Shown: one piece after another, positions 57,220 to 64,000 of the stretch | Layout of the letters: each line of letters begins with the position of its first letter | How positions within the stretch are numbered: the first letter of the stretch is position 1 | Source: an uncultured Nitrososphaerales archaeon | Lineage (GTDB): Archaea > Thermoproteota > Nitrososphaeria > Nitrososphaerales > Nitrososphaeraceae | Direction of reading: 5' to 3' | DNA: 64,000 bases | Assembly: GCA_963709405.1 (NCBI GenBank) | Contig: CAVPXM010000021.1 | Coordinates: 1 to 64,000, forward strand | Program-made: the position numbers and the translations under genes | Notes under the pieces: generated by a model | What the model saw: only the letters and a program-made list of their open reading frames with translations | Database searches by the model: none | What the model was told of the DNA's origin: nothing

Positions 57220-57870
57220 ATGGTCTGGCTTCGACGCACAACGCACTATCTGTTTATAGTAGTAGTTGCTGTAAACAGCACACTATTGACTATTAATGCT
57301 GGAGACTATATATTCTACACTGATTGGGCATGGACGTCATTCGTAGTATTCTCTATCTCTCAATCGACAATGCTTGTGGTAGGGGCAATATACTATATGC
57401 TATTTACAGGAGTGCCGGGTACGGCTACTTATTATGCAACCATTATGACGATATATACGTGGGTTGCAAAGGGCGCCTGGTTTGCATTAGGATACCCATA
57501 CGACTTCGTTACAGTACCGGTTTGGATACCTTCAGCAATGTTATTAGACCTGACATATTGGGCAACGAGAAGGAATAAACACGCCGCTATAATCATAGGC
57601 GGGACACTCGTAGGTTTATCTCTTCCAATGTTCAATATGATCAACCTTCTACTGATTAGAGATCCACTAGAGGTAGCTTTCAAGTATCCTCGTCCAACAC
57701 TACCGCCGTACATGACTCCCATCGAGCCTCAGGTCGGGAAGTTCTACAACAGTCCCGTAGCCTTAGGAGCAGGCGCAGGAGCAGTGCTATCAGTGCCAAT
57801 TGCAGCATTGGGTGCTAAACTAAACACGTGGACATATAGATGGATGGCCGCGTGGAGTAAGTGGGATTAA
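57220..57870 (+). CDS. amoA: Ammonia monooxygenase subunit A
   Basis: Canonical 216-aa archaeal AmoA, MVWLRRTTHYLFIVVVAVNSTLLTINAGDYIFYTDW..AAWSKWD. Confidence 0.99.
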   Translation: MVWLRRTTHYLFIVVVAVNSTLLTINAGDYIFYTDWAWTSFVVFSISQSTMLVVGAIYYMLFTGVPGTATYYATIMTIYTWVAKGAWFALGYPYDFVTVPVWIPSAMLLDLTYWATRRNKHAAIIIGGTLVGLSLPMFNMINLLLIRDPLEVAFKYPRPTLPPYMTPIEPQVGKFYNSPVALGAGAGAVLSVPIAALGAKLNTWTYRWMAAWSKWD

Positions 57871-57883
57871 GCTTCCCAACCTA

Positions 57884-57908
57884 ATTTTCTTTTTTTTGAA
57901 GGGTTTTT
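57884..57908 (+). terminator. Oligo-T terminator downstream of amoA
   Basis: attttcttttttttg..ttttt immediately after the stop codon. Confidence 0.5.
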
Positions 57909-58240
57909 GTTCGAAATTCATTTTGTCTTATATTTTAGCAATGGATTACATGTTTACATATTCGAGTCATGAATCTAGCATAGTAAACCTAGGTAAACTA
58001 CGGGTAATTTCATAAGATAATTCCTAAATTCTAATCTAGTTTAAATTCACATTCAATCACAATTGATTATGGAATATGAACGATTAATCTTGATACTTCA
58101 TTCACTCGAACCCTGACTAGTCATTGAATTACATCTAAATTGTACTTGGCCAGGCACTATTCAAATCCACGAGGTTATAAAAGAACCTTGCTTAGTACCT
58201 AATGCTAAATGCTATCCTAGACTGATTATGGTACAGTAAT

Positions 58241-61160
<2,920 letters not shown>

Positions 61161-61215
61161 GTATATAATTTTGAATTTTTCTTGCTTTTAATGCTTTAGT
61201 ATTGGAGAATACTAT

Positions 61216-61362
61216 TCATCCTCCTCCAGTAACAGCATCATATAAACAGCATTCGCAATTATCAAGTTCTCCGCAGTATGGGCATGCGCACATACACGCT
61301 TCCATTGAATTTCCACAATATTCGCATAAAGTTCCGTCGCTAGTAGATGTCTTTTCGTTCAT
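61216..61362 (-). CDS. 48-aa cysteine-rich microprotein (9 Cys) ending in GGG; below the ORF-track cutoff
   Basis: MNEKTSTSDGTLCEYCGNSMEACMCACPYCGELDNCECCLYDAVTGGG*; co-oriented and 55 nt upstream of the oxidoreductase alpha gene. Confidence 0.8.
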   Translation of the reverse strand: MNEKTSTSDGTLCEYCGNSMEACMCACPYCGELDNCECCLYDAVTGGG

Positions 61363-61540
61363 AATGCATCGATCTTAATGTCTTGTGCACTCACCGCTAT
61401 TATAGTTTATAAACTCAGTGTAATACTTCGATGTCCCTCAACTTCATAGTCTTCTAAATGTGATGGGTTACGGATTACTCTGATTTATCCTCTCCTGAAA
61501 AAAACTAATATCTATATAAGTGTTCTAAGAACAGATTCTT

Positions 61541-62497
61541 ATGGTAATTTCTGTTGCCCAGCAGCAACCAGTGGGGACAAGATTAGATGAGATTGAAAAG
61601 TCAAAAATCATTCGTGGTACTGTCCTAGTAAAGCGCGGTTTTGCGCGCATGCAAAAACATGGTGTAATTATGGACATAACTAATGCTGAACAAGCTCGGA
61701 TTGCTGAGGATGCTGGGGCTGTAGCCGTTATGGTACTGGACAAGTTACCATACGACGTAAGAAAAATGGGCGGCGTTGCAAGAACAGCAAGTGTGAATGT
61801 CATACAGGAAATTATTGATACCGTCACTATTCCAATAATGGCAAAATGTAGAATTGGCCATGTCTCCGAAGCAGATCTTCTCCAAGCGATTGGTGTCGAC
61901 ATGATAGACGAGAGTGAGGTTTTGACACCAGCAGATGAAGAACGACATATATGGAAATGGGAGTACACAACGCCCTTTGTGAACGGCGCAAAAAATCTCG
62001 GTGAGGCATTACGAAGGATCGAGGAAGGTTGCGCGATGATTAGAACCAAAGGTGAGCCCGGCACCGGCAATGTTGCGGAAGCAGTTTCACACATAAAATT
62101 AGTCAATAATGAGGTTCGGAGGATCAAATCTTTACACGGAGATGAGCAAGAATTAATGATTGCAGCAAGGGAGATGAAGGCCTCTTTTTTTCTAGTGGAA
62201 GAGACTGCTCGTCTTGGTAGATTGCCAGTTGTTAATTTCGCTGCAGGAGGTATTTCAACTCCAGCAGATGCAGCCTTTCTTATGAATTTGGGTTGTGATG
62301 GCGTGTTCGTCGGATCTGGAATTTTTAAAGCGAATGATGCATGTCAAAGGGCAAGAGCTATTGTTCTTGCCACTGCGCACTATGACGATACCAAGATTGT
62401 TGCTGAGGCACAAAGTATGATTGATGAAAGAAAATCAATGCTTGGGCTTGATACAAAAAATCTTGACCTGAGGATGCAGGAAAGAGGACCATTTTGA
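61541..62497 (+). CDS. pdxS: Pyridoxal 5'-phosphate synthase lyase subunit
   Basis: [41 protein letters not shown]. Confidence 0.97.
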   Translation: MVISVAQQQPVGTRLDEIEKSKIIRGTVLVKRGFARMQKHGVIMDITNAEQARIAEDAGAVAVMVLDKLPYDVRKMGGVARTASVNVIQEIIDTVTIPIMAKCRIGHVSEADLLQAIGVDMIDESEVLTPADEERHIWKWEYTTPFVNGAKNLGEALRRIEEGCAMIRTKGEPGTGNVAEAVSHIKLVNNEVRRIKSLHGDEQELMIAAREMKASFFLVEETARLGRLPVVNFAAGGISTPADAAFLMNLGCDGVFVGSGIFKANDACQRARAIVLATAHYDDTKIVAEAQSMIDERKSMLGLDTKNLDLRMQERGPF

Positions 62498-63111
62498 AGA
62501 ATTCTATTAAAATTGGGGTTCTGGGTATACAGGGTGACATCGAAGAAAATGTCTCATGTACCATATCCGCATTAAAGAGAGCTAGACGACGGGGAGAAAT
62601 CAAAGTAGTACGCCACTCTGAGGAGATTGAAAACCTGGACGGCTTGATCATACCTGGTGGTGAAAGTACTGTGATGAGCTCACTTATCTCAACCCAGGAA
62701 AATGTCTTTCAATCCATCAAGAGACGCATCTCAGAAGGTATGTCTGTAATGGGTATATGCGCGGGTATGATATTGCTTTCTAGAAGAGCTTATGATAGAG
62801 TTATAGGCGAAACAAAACAGAATTTACTATCCGTCTTGGATATAGTTGTAGAAAGGAATGCCTTTGGTAGACAAAATGAGTCTTTTGAAACCTATTTGAA
62901 GATACCACTAATTGGTAAAACCAAATTTAAGGCCATCTTTATACGAGCGCCGATCGTAACAGAGATAGGTGCCGGAGTGGATGTCGTAGCAAAGTTTGAC
63001 GAGAAGATCGTTGCTGTGAAACAGAACAATATCATTGCCACTGCTTTTCACCCGGAATTGATTGATGACAAGCTTCACACTTTGTTTATAAAAAGTGTCT
63101 CTCAGGTTTAA
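62494..63111 (+). CDS. pdxT: PLP synthase glutaminase subunit
   Basis: GIQGD, PGGEST, GICAG, RNAFGRQ, FIRAP, FHPE. Confidence 0.96.
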   Translation: MKNSIKIGVLGIQGDIEENVSCTISALKRARRRGEIKVVRHSEEIENLDGLIIPGGESTVMSSLISTQENVFQSIKRRISEGMSVMGICAGMILLSRRAYDRVIGETKQNLLSVLDIVVERNAFGRQNESFETYLKIPLIGKTKFKAIFIRAPIVTEIGAGVDVVAKFDEKIVAVKQNNIIATAFHPELIDDKLHTLFIKSVSQV

Positions 63112-63146
63112 CAATCATGATGTGGATTCCACGATCAACTAAATGA

Positions 63147-63267
63147 TGCGGGGGGTGGGATTCGAACCCACGAACCGCTAAAGGACGGGATAACCCATTT
63201 CTTAAGATCTTAAGTCCCGCGTCTCCAATTTATTAAATTATATTTGGCCGGGCTCTACAACCCCCGC
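63147..63267 (-). tRNA. tRNA-Leu(UAA) with two introns: 63192-63208 (position 37/38) and 63223-63241 (position 23/24)
   Basis: Removing both introns gives GCGGGGGTTGTAGAGCCCGGCCAAATACGCGGGACTTAAGATCCCGTCCTTTAGCGGTTCGTGGGTTCGAATCCCACCCCCCGCA, a class II cloverleaf; BHB-like motifs at both junctions. Confidence 0.88.
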
Positions 63268-63574
63268 ATGGTATCCAAATTATTGACGACTACGTAATTA
63301 AACCTTAAGTTATGGGCCATTCTGCAGGATAATGGGTGGGTTGAGGATAAACCTACATAATTTACTCTGTGTTCGGCGTATCAGATTTCGCGTGTCGTTG
63401 ACTCATTCAGATCATTTGACCACTATCAAGATTAGATCTCGTGGTTACCTCATTTTACTCCTCGTAAAGTTGCATCCTGACCTAGTACGACTGATAATAC
63501 GGACTTGACCGTCTTTCAATCGGCTAGAGTATGACAACATTAATGAAGCCCTGATGTCATGTAGAAATCTTGTT

Positions 63575-63648
63575 GCCTTGGTAGCTCAGTATGGTAGAGC
63601 GTTGCCTTGGTAAGGCAAAGGTCCCGGGTCCAAATCCCGGCCAAGGCT
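63575..63648 (+). tRNA. tRNA-Thr(GGU)
   Basis: GCCTTGG/CCAAGGC acceptor stem, anticodon arm TTGCC-TTGGTAA-GGCAA, T arm CCGGG-TCCAAAT-CCCGG. Confidence 0.93.
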
Positions 63649-64000
63649 TTCATGTTTGATTCAGATCTGCAACGCTATTAGCCGAAAACTCAAAGTCTAT
63701 AGCTATTATCTTCTTTTAATTAATAGAGAACCAGTTTTCTGAATGATAAAATTGAGTCAATGATTAATCGTCATACTTTATTCTAGATTTGCATATCCAA
63801 ATGCATTTTAGTAACTTTTAATAACTTTTAACAATCTTCTATGATGACCAGATGAATAGGTCAAGGATTCTATTTGTATAAAAGTGTAGGCAAAAACTAC
63901 CGTTGTTTTAAATGCATTGTGATACTTGTGATACTTTAAGACGCAACGGTTTCATACTTTCAGAATATAATGGACATCGTGGTAAGCAACATTAAGCTAA

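Overview
A chromosomal segment of roughly 37% GC (estimated by eye) from a soil-type ammonia-oxidising archaeon (Nitrososphaerales/Nitrososphaeraceae, judged from AmoA/AmoB/AmoX and the housekeeping genes). The first ~20 kb is accessory: decayed IS5/IS481 elements, pseudogenes, secreted low-complexity proteins, a TFB paralogue, HxlR and MntR regulators, a GH130 enzyme and a hyaluronan-synthase-like GT2. The middle holds core genes (tyrS, beta-CASP RNase, aminotransferase, tRNA-Arg, PII, rfcS-gins-mcm, tiaS) and a stand-alone nurA-herA pair. The right end holds a compact ammonia monooxygenase locus: probable amoY and amoZ, rps15-DHH-pcc1-serS, then amoB divergent from amoX-amoA, with no amoC. 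The probable amoZ is missing from the ORF track and is separated from amoY by an IS6 relic. After this come the 2-oxoacid:ferredoxin oxidoreductase genes, a hidden 48-aa 9-Cys microprotein, pdxST, a two-intron tRNA-Leu(UAA) and tRNA-Thr(GGU). Essential genes (tyrS, tiaS) carry single-base indels, so many frameshifts are probably long-read consensus errors. All family calls come from motif recognition by eye; no database search was run.
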